Of a stretch of 64,000 bases of DNA, positions 1-9,441 are shown piece after piece. The notes beneath the pieces are model-generated. The model saw only the letters and a list, made by a program, of their open reading frames with translations, had not been told where the DNA came from and did no database searches. The first letter of the stretch is position 1. Each line of letters begins with the position of its first letter. Source of the DNA: Candidatus Obscuribacteraceae bacterium (lineage in GTDB: Bacteria > Cyanobacteriota > Vampirovibrionia > Obscuribacterales > Obscuribacteraceae); NCBI GenBank assembly GCA_044229845.1, contig JBGASG010000001.1, positions 960,001-1,024,000 of the forward strand, given 5' to 3'. Made by a program: the position numbers and the translations under genes.

Positions 1-1
1 G

Positions 2-2068
2 CCAGGCGCGCCCGGCGACGCCACTGCTCCGGGCGAGCGACCGAAACCCTACACAGGCGAGAATCTCGGGCTCGAGATGGAAGCCAAAGAGGTGACGGTC
101 GGGCGCAAAGACACCCTCTACTCCCTGGCCCGCAAACAACTGGGCACGGATGCCACGCCGGAGCGCATCGCCGGCTACATCAAAGAAATTCAGCACGCCA
201 ACAATCTGGAAGGCACCAAAATCATTGCCGGCAGCAAGCTGGCTTTGCCGGGTCACACCGCCGATGGTGCCATGGTCGTCAAACATGGTGCGGTGACCAA
301 CACCACCTGGCCTGACGGCAAAGAGCGCTTCGAATATGCGGACGGACGTAAGTATGAGCGCACTCCCGGTGCGGACGGTTCATATACCTCGGTGCATACC
401 GGTCCGCGTCCGGAAGACAACTTCACGTTGCAGCGCACCGCCGATGGCAAGTATCTGATCTCGGACAACACGCCCGGTTCCAAACCGGTGGAAGTCAGCG
501 ACCAGAGTGATGTGCGCGTTGCGCACGCCAAGTTGCATGACCTGGCGGAAGCGAAAATCAAAGATCCGTCCGAACGTGCCAAGTTCGAAGCCGATATGGC
601 TCGCTTCGAAGCCCGGGCGCGCGAGCGCGGTTTGAGCCCCGAAGAAGTTTCGAAGACCTACGGCGAAATCGGCAAGCTCATGGAAGCTACGACCGGTGCC
701 GTTCCGGAAAATCGCCGCATCCAGCTGGCGCAGCAGATCATGTCGCAGGCCGCGGACCCACGCATCATCGATCAAGGTGACAAGAACACCTGTAACGTCA
801 CCGCAGTCGAAGCGATGATTTACACGACCGATCCTTCGAAAGCCGCTAATCTCGTCACGCAGGTGGCGCTCACCGGCAAATACACCGACCCGGAAGGGCA
901 CACTGTCACCATCGACAAGAAGAGCCTGCAACCAGATGCCGAGGCGAAGCACCACCCGCCGATCGATGGCGAACGCAGTTTTGCCACACAGCTTTTCAAT
1001 GTCGCGGCCGTCAATCTGGCTTATCAGCGCGAGGGCATAAAGCGACATTACCAACAGGAACGTCCGGACCGCAGCGATCCTGATGACAGCGGTGAACGAC
1101 TCTACGACACGTCGAAGAGACCGCCCAAGGAAATCGCGCGCGAACCTGACCTCGACGATGATCAAATCGTCGAAGCGTATCGCGGCATCACCGGGCGCAG
1201 CACCGACACCGTCATGATCGACTCCGACAATTACGTGACGGGGGACGGTAACAAGGTAGACAAAGTAGGGACCGAAGCGGATCTCAATGCCAAGCTCGCC
1301 GACTTGAAGGCGAAGGGCAAGCTACCGGTGATTATCGGGGTTAACTCAGCGGTCGAGCCTTTCTACAGTGACTCCGGCGGCGGTGCCGCTGGCGGGTCCG
1401 GTGGCGGACACGTAGTGACGGTCACCGATTACAATCCCGGTCCACCGCCGACGGTGGCAGTCGACAACCAGTGGGGATCGAATTCCGACCACCGCGCAAC
1501 CAATATGCCGGTACACGATCTGTGGTTGGCCATGCAGAGCGAGAAAGACGCCCCGGCCGAACTGGAGAAAGACGTGCTGGCAGCCCGCGCCGCCGGCAAA
1601 CCTGATACCTACAAAGAGTTCGAGTTGCTGCGCCTGCAACGTGAAGGCGGCACCATCGACGACAAGACTTACGGCATCAGGCTTGCCGAACAGATTGATG
1701 CTGCGAAGAAACGCGACGACGCCGCGAAAGCCAATGGCACTTTCGACCAAGCGGAGCACGATAAAGCCAAGGCGAAACTCGACCAGATGCTCGAGAACAT
1801 CACCGGACCGCAAGCCCTGGCGCTGAGCATCGAGTCGCACAAACGCGGACTCTTGTCCGATGCCGACGTCAAAGAAGCCCTCGGCACTTTGATGGCAGAG
1901 ACGCTCAAAGAACGGGCCAAGCTGATCAAAGACGGCGAATACAAGGGCGACGACAGGACGAGAATCGAAGGCATGCGGAAGGAGTTCTCCGATTATCTGA
2001 AGACCCTGCCGCCTGAACTGCGGCGCGACATCTTGAAGAAGGTCGAAGAGGAGCGCAAGAAGAAATAA
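2..2068 (+). CDS. LysM-domain protein with a papain-like cysteine peptidase domain; 5'-partial (frame is open back to the window start)
   Basis: LysM-like motif VTVGRKDTLYSLARKQLG...IQHANNL...IIAGSKLALP. Papain-like motifs DQGDKNTCNV, GGHVVTV and VDNQWG. No stop codon upstream of the ATG at 77. Confidence 0.7.
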   Translation, partial: PGAPGDATAPGERPKPYTGENLGLEMEAKEVTVGRKDTLYSLARKQLGTDATPERIAGYIKEIQHANNLEGTKIIAGSKLALPGHTADGAMVVKHGAVTNTTWPDGKERFEYADGRKYERTPGADGSYTSVHTGPRPEDNFTLQRTADGKYLISDNTPGSKPVEVSDQSDVRVAHAKLHDLAEAKIKDPSERAKFEADMARFEARARERGLSPEEVSKTYGEIGKLMEATTGAVPENRRIQLAQQIMSQAADPRIIDQGDKNTCNVTAVEAMIYTTDPSKAANLVTQVALTGKYTDPEGHTVTIDKKSLQPDAEAKHHPPIDGERSFATQLFNVAAVNLAYQREGIKRHYQQERPDRSDPDDSGERLYDTSKRPPKEIAREPDLDDDQIVEAYRGITGRSTDTVMIDSDNYVTGDGNKVDKVGTEADLNAKLADLKAKGKLPVIIGVNSAVEPFYSDSGGGAAGGSGGGHVVTVTDYNPGPPPTVAVDNQWGSNSDHRATNMPVHDLWLAMQSEKDAPAELEKDVLAARAAGKPDTYKEFELLRLQREGGTIDDKTYGIRLAEQIDAAKKRDDAAKANGTFDQAEHDKAKAKLDQMLENITGPQALALSIESHKRGLLSDADVKEALGTLMAETLKERAKLIKDGEYKGDDRTRIEGMRKEFSDYLKTLPPELRRDILKKVEEERKKK

Positions 2069-2131
2069 AGCGGCGATCGAATAGGCGTGATACTGGCGTA
2101 AATAGCGAAACGAAACGAAAAAAGGCAAACA

Positions 2132-2857
2132 ATGAACTGGTCATTAAAAGACGCGATTCAACGAGGCAGAGAAGCGAAGGCTGAAGCCGGCACCACGCCC
2201 GGCGGAACCACCGACGGCAAGACCGGCGATGATGGCACTGCCGCCAGAGAAGCCGACGATCTCTACAATCGTTTGTTCAGGGACGGACCAGAGAACGTTC
2301 AGAAAGGCGTGATCATGGATACCGCCCGCGGCAATGCCGATGGTCGCAAATCCGGAACCGGCGTGGCCGACGTTGGTGCAGTCGGCAATCTGACCTTGCC
2401 AAAAGACTGGCACCAGACCGCGGCGCGCAAAGATTCCACCGGGTACGCATTCACGTTTCGTCCTAATGGAAATGACCGGGTCGCGCTCAGCCTGCTCTAC
2501 AGGGGGCGTCCTCTCGATGATTGCGCGGCGGAAACTCTCAAGTCGGTACTCGACAAACCCGTCGGTTATCAGTTGAATGCCGGTGAGATCGGCGACTTGC
2601 GCACTTTAATCGGTGACAAGGCGGATGGCGATGTATTTTCGTTGAGTTCCGCGAAAGTGCAAGACTTGCATGGCAAGAAAGTGCTTTCGGTCTCGGGCTC
2701 TTATCGAGATGACAATGTCCGTGCCACCAGCTATTTCGTCCCTGCCAGCAGCGACGGTCGCGTCGTGCAGGAACTGGCTTACGTAGCGCCGCAGGACCAA
2801 TATCTGCGATACTGGCAGCAAGCCGACAGTGCATTGCGAACCATCAAGTGGAAATAG
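2132..2857 (+). CDS. Hypothetical protein, possible PsbP/DcrB-like fold; tandem paralog A
   Basis: 241-aa ORF with LTLPKDW...VVQELAYVAP...ALRTIKWK pattern; aligns by eye with the next ORF. Confidence 0.65.
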   Translation: MNWSLKDAIQRGREAKAEAGTTPGGTTDGKTGDDGTAAREADDLYNRLFRDGPENVQKGVIMDTARGNADGRKSGTGVADVGAVGNLTLPKDWHQTAARKDSTGYAFTFRPNGNDRVALSLLYRGRPLDDCAAETLKSVLDKPVGYQLNAGEIGDLRTLIGDKADGDVFSLSSAKVQDLHGKKVLSVSGSYRDDNVRATSYFVPASSDGRVVQELAYVAPQDQYLRYWQQADSALRTIKWK

Positions 2858-3441
2858 ACGATAAGAGCGCCTCTGACAGTCACCTGTATCTAAGCCAGGC
2901 GAAGAAGTCACCGGTTGTGCAGCAGAGACTCGTGCAGCAACAGGAAAAAATCGGTCCACTCGGACCTTTAACTCTACTGATATTGCCGAAGGGCTGGACC
3001 AAGTCCTCCAGCAGCGACAATGCGCGCGGCTACTGCCACAGATTCAGCCCATCCGATAATGCGAAGGTGAGCATCTCAGTGCTTTACCGGGTGCCACCAC
3101 TTCCGCAGACCGAAGCGGACGCCTTGAAGAAACTTCTCGCGGCCGGCCCGCGCACGTTGAGCGACGACGATCTGAAATCCCTGCAACACCTGCTCGGTGA
3201 TTACCGCGATGAATCGGTCTTCAAAACGGAAAAAGCGGAGGTCACCGCAATTGGTGGCAAGCCGGTGCTCGCCATCCAGGGGCATTTCCTCGACGACGAC
3301 GTCTCAGTCTACACGGTGTACAATCCCGCCTCTCACGACCCGCACGTGGTGCAGCAACTGCAGTTCAATGCACCGACCCCCCAATATAAAAAGTATGCGA
3401 GCGCAGCTCGCACCGCTATCCTCAGCGCGTCCCTGCACTAG
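2848..3441 (+). CDS. Hypothetical protein, possible PsbP/DcrB-like fold; tandem paralog B
   Basis: Shares LPKGW, SVLYR, GKPVL and PAS.D..VVQQL blocks with 2132..2857; the two ORFs overlap by 10 nt. Confidence 0.65.
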   Translation: MEIDDKSASDSHLYLSQAKKSPVVQQRLVQQQEKIGPLGPLTLLILPKGWTKSSSSDNARGYCHRFSPSDNAKVSISVLYRVPPLPQTEADALKKLLAAGPRTLSDDDLKSLQHLLGDYRDESVFKTEKAEVTAIGGKPVLAIQGHFLDDDVSVYTVYNPASHDPHVVQQLQFNAPTPQYKKYASAARTAILSASLH

Positions 3442-3518
3442 TCCCCGCACTAAAATACCTATGTGGTATTCAACTTCGATTTGGCATACGCTATTAGTAT
3501 ATTACTCGCGCATGCCTG

Positions 3519-3573
3519 CAATATACGTATATGGTATGCCAAATCGAAAATGGCATACCATATACGTATATTG
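3519..3573. repeat. Perfect 23-bp AT-rich inverted repeat between convergent genes (possible bidirectional terminator or protein-binding site)
   Basis: CAATATACGTATATGGTATGCCA (3519-3541), 9-nt loop, TGGCATACCATATACGTATATTG (3551-3573). Confidence 0.85.
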
Positions 3574-3606
3574 TGCTAACACGGCAGATTTGCGCAGTGC
3601 GTCGTA

Positions 3607-6060
3607 TTAACGCAGGTCGACGCCCGGTGTGGTGGCAACGGACTGGTGTTGCACCTTGGCGCGGTGCGCTGCGTACGAAAGGATAGCTTTCACCTGCGCC
3701 AGGTAGCTGGCGATGTACTGCGCACGAAACCCGCGTTGCACGAAAGCTTCGATGCGCAGCCATTCTTTGATGTTGGCTTCCAGAGCCTGCACGTGTGTGT
3801 TGACGGTCTTCAACTCTTCCTCGGATGCATTCGGACGCAGTCCGTGCAACTCGCGCTGGACGGTTTCGATTTGCGTGATCACATCATTAGTGGAGGCGCG
3901 ATCTGAAAGGATGTGTTTTTGCGGATCTTGCAAATACCGATTGACCAGCGCCGCAAAGTCGTCCATGAGCAGGCGGCTGGCTTTCAGCGGGTCTGCTTGC
4001 GGAGTGATGAGTGCGCTGCGCCGATACGGGCCCATCTTGAGCACTCTCATCTTCTTCTCGTCGAGTTGCGCGCATGCAAACATGGTGCAACCCAATGTGC
4101 CGATGGCGCGCGACGTATCCATTTGCTCGATCAACCCGGCGGTATCAAGCTGACGAATGGACAAGCCCGGGAAAACCAGCGCTTTGTCGTCGCAGGATTC
4201 GCGCACGTTGCCGGCGACAGTGGCCAGTTCGCGGGCGGTGGCGACATAGGTCATCGGGTTGAGCGTATCGACCCAACCGTTTGCCACCCAGGTCTCCCAC
4301 TCTTGATTGATGTTGCCCGTGCGCAGGCGGCGCGGGGTCGCGTACACTGCTGCCGAGATGCGAATGCCGGGTTTGATCTTACGCAGCGCTGCTGAAGTTT
4401 CTTGCACAAAGCTGTTTACCTGTGCGACCTTCCAGGCGGTCCAGATGGTGCGGGTTTCTTCATCGAGGCGATCGAGATTGAGTCCGGTTTCGCGCTCGAA
4501 GCGCATGCGACCGGTCCAGTCGTAGCCCATTTCGGTGCCCTTGCCGTTGAATGGATAACGCACGTAGTCAAACTGGAATCCGTCTACGTTGTAGTTGCTG
4601 ACGATCTCCGAGGACAGCCGGCGGATGAAATCGCGACCCTCCGGATTGGCCGGATCGATCCAGAACTCCGGTTGGTGGTTGGGCAACAGCTCGCCGTTGG
4701 AGCGTGCCAGCGCCCAGCTGAAGTCGTTGCTTGAGAGAACCGGTCCCGGGTAGTCCGCGTCTTTTCCAATAATAGGATTGTGGCGCAGGTTGCCGACGGC
4801 AAAGGTCCAGATCCAGGCGTGCAATTCAATGCCGCGCTTGTGGGCTTCGCGCACAGCGACGCCGAGCGGATCCCAGCCGACTATTTCCGGATTGGGCGTC
4901 GACACTTTGGTGGGGAAAGTGCAGAAGCCGGCGTTATTAGTCTCGAAGTAGACGGTGTTGATGCCGGCACTCTTCAATCTGTCGAAAAGGGCCGACATGC
5001 CGTCTTCATTGCGGCAGGCGACGATGGTGCCGCGGTCCAGCCAGACTGAGCGGGCCTCGACCGGACGCACCGGCATCGATTGCGCGAACGCCAGTGAAAA
5101 GTCGTGGCGAGCAAGCGCGATTTCTTCGTCGGCTTGATAGAAACGACGCTCTTTATAGTAGTCCTGGAAAGCTTTCACGTGCGCGAGAGCTGATTCGTAA
5201 TTGGCTTGAATATTCTTGAAAGGCACGGCGAGGTCGGCTTGTTTAGCTGTCTTCATCGCTTCGTCGGTGCGCTTGATCAGATAATCCAGTTCGGTCTGGA
5301 TATTTTGATATTCGGCATAGCTGATCTGCACCGCCGCCTGTTGCGTGACATTAGGCACTGCATCTTCCATCGCAAACGTCAGCAACTGTGCGTTGCTGGT
5401 GATCTCGCCCTGCATGCCGGGCATCCAGGTGAGAAACGTATTGCCGTTCATGCGCCCGATCGCGGTGCCCATCTCTTTGCCGGTGGTATCGGTCCACATG
5501 GCGGCCTGCGAACCCGGTGTCGGAGTGACGATGGCGTATATGGTGCCGACGGCGAAGTCTTGTTGCACCGGCAACGGAGTGCGCTGCCAGTTGAGTTGTT
5601 TGGTCTCCTGCATCGACGTGTGCCCGGTTATCTGAATGCCGGTCAAGCCGATCAAAGGCAGAACCGCGGCACTGGGGGTGCCACCACTGTCGGTGATGAG
5701 CAATTTGCCGCCGTTGGCGACGAAACCCTTCAGTGACTCTACCGCCGCCGGTTGAAGGTCGAGCAGCATCGGCAAAATAATGATCTTGTAGCCGGCCAGT
5801 TTGCTGGCGCCGCCCGTCATGTCGCCGTCTTGAAGCAGGTCGTAGCGGACGTTGGCGGTCTCCATCGTGCGTTTGAAAGACGCATAGTCATCTTCGAATT
5901 GACCGAGGTGCTGGTCCGAATAGGCTTGCTCGTTGGTGTCGCTCTTCAGCACCGCCAGTGGTGACGCCGCCAGAACCGGTTGAAACAGGCTCAATAACAA
6001 GGTGGCGACTGCGAAGACCAGGGAAAGAACGAATCTCGACGATAGACGGAGTACTCTCAC
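3607..6060 (-). CDS. Secreted glycoside hydrolase-like family 10 (GHL10/DUF187, YddW-like) protein
   Basis: Signal peptide; motifs EARSVWL, GINTVYF, WDPL...EAHKRGIELHAW, YNVDGFQFDYVRYP and Q.W.TW...GWVD...PMTY. Confidence 0.85.
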   Translation of the reverse strand: MRVLRLSSRFVLSLVFAVATLLLSLFQPVLAASPLAVLKSDTNEQAYSDQHLGQFEDDYASFKRTMETANVRYDLLQDGDMTGGASKLAGYKIIILPMLLDLQPAAVESLKGFVANGGKLLITDSGGTPSAAVLPLIGLTGIQITGHTSMQETKQLNWQRTPLPVQQDFAVGTIYAIVTPTPGSQAAMWTDTTGKEMGTAIGRMNGNTFLTWMPGMQGEITSNAQLLTFAMEDAVPNVTQQAAVQISYAEYQNIQTELDYLIKRTDEAMKTAKQADLAVPFKNIQANYESALAHVKAFQDYYKERRFYQADEEIALARHDFSLAFAQSMPVRPVEARSVWLDRGTIVACRNEDGMSALFDRLKSAGINTVYFETNNAGFCTFPTKVSTPNPEIVGWDPLGVAVREAHKRGIELHAWIWTFAVGNLRHNPIIGKDADYPGPVLSSNDFSWALARSNGELLPNHQPEFWIDPANPEGRDFIRRLSSEIVSNYNVDGFQFDYVRYPFNGKGTEMGYDWTGRMRFERETGLNLDRLDEETRTIWTAWKVAQVNSFVQETSAALRKIKPGIRISAAVYATPRRLRTGNINQEWETWVANGWVDTLNPMTYVATARELATVAGNVRESCDDKALVFPGLSIRQLDTAGLIEQMDTSRAIGTLGCTMFACAQLDEKKMRVLKMGPYRRSALITPQADPLKASRLLMDDFAALVNRYLQDPQKHILSDRASTNDVITQIETVQRELHGLRPNASEEELKTVNTHVQALEANIKEWLRIEAFVQRGFRAQYIASYLAQVKAILSYAAHRAKVQHQSVATTPGVDLR

Positions 6061-6106
6061 CGGATGGATGCCTCAGCTCAATTGATGTGTAAGTTAGTGG
6101 GTTTCT

Positions 6107-6637
6107 TCAAGAAAACCGATTGGTCTGTTTAACCAGCTTATCGAGCTGGCGTTTAGTGTCGCGCTTGGTAATAGCTTCGCGCTTGTCATACTGTTGCTTA
6201 CCGCGCGCCAGCGCCAAATCAACTTTAACCCAATTTCGCTTGAAGTAGAGCTTCAGAGGAATGAGCGTTAAACCCTTCTCTTTAACCTGCTGATGCAGGC
6301 GCAGTATCTGTTTTGCGTGCACGAGCAGGCGCCGTTTGCGCATCGGCTCGTGATTAAATCTGTTGCCGTGATCATAAGGGGATATGTGGCAGTTATACAG
6401 CCAGAGTTCGCCGTCTTCGACGCGAGCGAACGCATCCTGCAAATTAGCTTTGCCGCCGCGCATTGATTTCACTTCGGTGCCTACGAGCTCTATGCCTGTC
6501 TCCACGGTTTCGATGATCTCGTAATCATGGCGCGCGCGGCGGTTGTCCGCGACCACGCGAATCTTGGGCGGCTCAGCTTTGGGCTTGTCCGACGGAGCTG
6601 GCTTGGTTGGGTGTGTAGGTTTCGCTGACTTAGCCAT
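6107..6637 (-). CDS. smpB: SsrA-binding protein SmpB
   Basis: NRRARHDY, GIELVGTEVKSMR, RKRRLL.H and RGKQQYDKRE motifs. Confidence 0.98.
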   Translation of the reverse strand: MAKSAKPTHPTKPAPSDKPKAEPPKIRVVADNRRARHDYEIIETVETGIELVGTEVKSMRGGKANLQDAFARVEDGELWLYNCHISPYDHGNRFNHEPMRKRRLLVHAKQILRLHQQVKEKGLTLIPLKLYFKRNWVKVDLALARGKQQYDKREAITKRDTKRQLDKLVKQTNRFS

Positions 6638-6802
6638 GATGTTGATAAGGAGAAACGCCGATGACGGACCGTCTCAGGAAACGGGCTTCCAACAGGCTTT
6701 GCGGCGCGCAAGTCCGGTCTGAATGTCGATGTTACAATATATAGTGCCGGCCACGCCAGTGCTGAGCCTGGATATCGAAACAGACAGGCACCGACAGTTG
6801 CA

Positions 6803-7885
6803 ATGATAAAAATCAGTCCCCTGCTCGCTTCCGACTATGCGCAGACATGCGCACTGCTCGGCATGCAGGAATGTTCGAGCATCGACAACGCACTGATCAC
6901 CGGCACCGACGTGATGATGGGCGGGCTGGCGTTCTGGCAGCACTGGCTGCCTTGCCAGTATCACCTGTCGCAGTCGATTTATGTCGCTCGCGAAGACGGC
7001 GTGGTGCTGGGTTTCATCGTCTTGAGCGCTGCCAGCAAGAGCAAGCAATGCTGGAAGGTGGAAAACCTGGTGGTGCACCCTGAGCACCGCGGACGGGGAC
7101 TCGCGCAAGAATTGCTGCGCTATGTATTCGCTCAATTCGGCTCGCAGGGCGTCGCTCATTTTATTGCTGAGGTTTCCTGCAGCAACGATGCTGCTCTCAG
7201 TCTCTTTGCGCACTGCGGCTTCTGCCGGTCAACGCGCATGACCTACTACCAGATCGACCGTAAAGACGCGCAAGTCCGGGAAGTGGAAAGCGAGTTTAGG
7301 CTGGCTTCCTATGCGTCCAAGCACGGACTTTTTCAATTGCACCAGGACGTGTTGCCGCCCGACCTGCGTCTGGTGTTCGAGCGCGTCCCCGATGATTACA
7401 GGGTCGGTGAGAAACTGGCATTTACCTCCGTGGAGCGCAAACGCAATAAGTTCATGCGCAAGCGGGTCTGGTACTGGGTTTCGCAAGATCCGGAAAGGCG
7501 TGTTCTGTCCAGTGCGGTCAAAGTGATGGCCGAACCGGACGTCGGCTACCGGTTGGAATTCGCTGTCCACCCCGGCTGGAAGCACCTGGCCGCCGACCTG
7601 GTCAACTTTGCCGTCACTCAGTTGCAAAAGCCTGAGTATCCCGACTTGCCGATTTGGGTGAAGGTCTGCGATTTCGAGCCGGAGGTGGATGAGGCTGTGC
7701 AGGCGGTCGGATTCGAGCGCACCGGCGAATTTTTCCTGCTCTCGCGCGAACACTGGACACGTGCCAAACATCCGCGCGTGCGGCGTGTGGAGGGCGTGCT
7801 GCCCAATATCGCCAACCCGGCTATCAACTTTCCGCTGGCGACAGAACGCGTCAAGTGGCATCCAAACCCGGAAGACTTCAACTGA
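6803..7885 (+). CDS. GNAT family N-acetyltransferase (probably two GNAT domains)
   Basis: Acetyl-CoA-binding motif LVVHPEHRGRGLAQELL and N..AL.LF...GF; a second degenerate repeat FAVHPGW...GFE. Confidence 0.85.
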   Translation: MIKISPLLASDYAQTCALLGMQECSSIDNALITGTDVMMGGLAFWQHWLPCQYHLSQSIYVAREDGVVLGFIVLSAASKSKQCWKVENLVVHPEHRGRGLAQELLRYVFAQFGSQGVAHFIAEVSCSNDAALSLFAHCGFCRSTRMTYYQIDRKDAQVREVESEFRLASYASKHGLFQLHQDVLPPDLRLVFERVPDDYRVGEKLAFTSVERKRNKFMRKRVWYWVSQDPERRVLSSAVKVMAEPDVGYRLEFAVHPGWKHLAADLVNFAVTQLQKPEYPDLPIWVKVCDFEPEVDEAVQAVGFERTGEFFLLSREHWTRAKHPRVRRVEGVLPNIANPAINFPLATERVKWHPNPEDFN

Positions 7886-7961
7886 GCCATAATTAAGCCA
7901 CGCTCAGGAAGCCGATTTCTTCTAAATATTTCGTGTGTATTGCAGCGGGGACGCCCAAAAT

Positions 7962-7991
7962 TTGACACACTGTGACGCGAATCGATAGAAT
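7962..7991 (+). promoter_or_regulatory. Sigma70-type promoter of the rpsL operon
   Basis: TTGACA (7962-7967), 18-nt spacer, TAGAAT (7986-7991). Confidence 0.65.
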
Positions 7992-8036
7992 TTCCATTCG
8001 CTTTATATAGTCCAATTTGTCATTAGGAGCCTGTTG

Positions 8037-8429
8037 GTGCCTACTATCAACCAGTTGATCCGCTACGAGCGGCAAAAAGTGACGGAGAAAACCAAATCTC
8101 CGGCGCTCAAAAGCTGCCCTCAGCGCCGCGGCGTTTGCACGCAAGTGAAAACCACAACGCCGAAGAAACCAAACTCCGCACTGCGCAAAATCGCTCGTGT
8201 GCGTTTGACCAACGGCGTTGAAATCACAGCTTACATTCCTGGCGTCGGCCATAACTTGCAAGAGCACTCCGTGGTTCTCGTAAGAGGCGGTCGGGTCAAG
8301 GATCTCCCCGGTGTTCGTTATCACATCGTCCGCGGTGCCCTCGATACCGCAGGCGTCAAAGACCGCATGCAGAGCCGCTCCAAATACGGCGCCAAGCGCC
8401 CGAAAGCTGCTGCTGCCAAAAAATCATAA
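8037..8429 (+). CDS. rpsL: 30S ribosomal protein S12
   Basis: MPTINQLIR...[10 protein letters not shown]...[15 protein letters not shown] start downstream of AGGAG. Confidence 0.99.
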   Translation: MPTINQLIRYERQKVTEKTKSPALKSCPQRRGVCTQVKTTTPKKPNSALRKIARVRLTNGVEITAYIPGVGHNLQEHSVVLVRGGRVKDLPGVRYHIVRGALDTAGVKDRMQSRSKYGAKRPKAAAAKKS

Positions 8430-8517
8430 ACAACAACCAACATTGTTGACGTAAGACTCTCGAACGCACTCATCTAAATCTGAAGTCGCGTTCTCACTCT
8501 ATAAAGAGGTCTGTCCA

Positions 8518-8988
8518 ATGCCTAGAAGAGCAGTTATTGCTAAACGGGTTCCCCCGCCCGATCCGACTTTCCAGAGCCAGCTCGTTCAGCGTTTCGTGCA
8601 TCGTATGATGCAGCGCGGCAAGAAGAGCACCGCTCAACGTCTGTTCTACGATGCGCTCAGTCTGGTGAAAGAACGCACCAAGCAAGAGCCCATGGACGTA
8701 TTCAACAAGGCAGTCAAGAACGTAACGCCCCTGGTTGAAGTGAAGGCTCGCCGTGTCGGCGGTTCTACCTATCAAGTACCGATCGAAGTGAAAACCAGCC
8801 GTGGTGTGGCTCTGGCGACCGCCTGGATCATCACCAACAGCCGCAAGCGCGGCGGTCGCAGTTTCGCCGAGCGCCTCTCCGCCGAACTTATCGATGCCTC
8901 CAACGGCGCCGGTGCCTCGGTGCGTAAGCGCGACGAAACGCACAAAATGGCCGAAGCCAACAAGGCTTTTGCACATTACCGCTATTAA
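8518..8988 (+). CDS. rpsG: 30S ribosomal protein S7
   Basis: MPRR...GKKS.A...[11 protein letters not shown]...[14 protein letters not shown]. Confidence 0.99.
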   Translation: MPRRAVIAKRVPPPDPTFQSQLVQRFVHRMMQRGKKSTAQRLFYDALSLVKERTKQEPMDVFNKAVKNVTPLVEVKARRVGGSTYQVPIEVKTSRGVALATAWIITNSRKRGGRSFAERLSAELIDASNGAGASVRKRDETHKMAEANKAFAHYRY

Positions 8989-9020
8989 TTGGTAGAGTCT
9001 TCAAGTGGAATTGTGACTTC

Positions 9021-9178
9021 GGATTGTAATCCGGCGGTCCAACCTCCCTTGTGATCAAATTGATGCCCCGGATACTACTTGGATCCGTTGAAAGAGCCAT
9101 CAGTACCTCGCTGACGACCCTTTCGATTTTTGGGGCAGCCACCGGCTTTGTAAACCGGGAACCAATTTGGCTTCACAA
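9021..9178 (-). ncRNA. Probable 6S RNA-like structured RNA (ends approximate)
   Basis: Ends are complementary (TTGTGA/TCACAA); internal UGCCCC/GGGGCA helix; apical helix GAAAGGGUCGUCAG/CUGAUGGCUCUUUC pairs fully only on the minus strand (G-U pairs). Resembles cyanobacterial 6S RNA from memory; not verified with a covariance model. Confidence 0.5.
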
Positions 9179-9441
9179 CATTCTTAAGGAATTGTCAAGC
9201 CAGCGCCCTGGTTTGAGTTTTGAGGTTCTAATTAGGTTTAGCCGCCGACGCGTAAGCGCCACGCATTTCATTGTGGATTCTGGTGGCCCAAGAGATTGTC
9301 GATTCCGGCAATTTTCGTGACGGTGTCCCTAATCTGGAACTTAAAACAATGAATTCGTCCGTACAATTGTTGGAAAAGTCGGTGAGCGCAGAGGCTACAG
9401 CACTGACTAGTGAAAAGGAAACCCCAAGGAAGGCAACTAAG

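Noticed and set aside
6107..6800. tmRNA gene next to smpB
   Set aside because: No tRNA-like ends or tag reading frame were found in the flanking sequence.
9271..9441. N-terminal extension of EF-G shown in the ORF track
   Set aside because: It does not resemble EF-G and is relatively AT-rich; a GTG with a purine-rich RBS at 9442 fits better.
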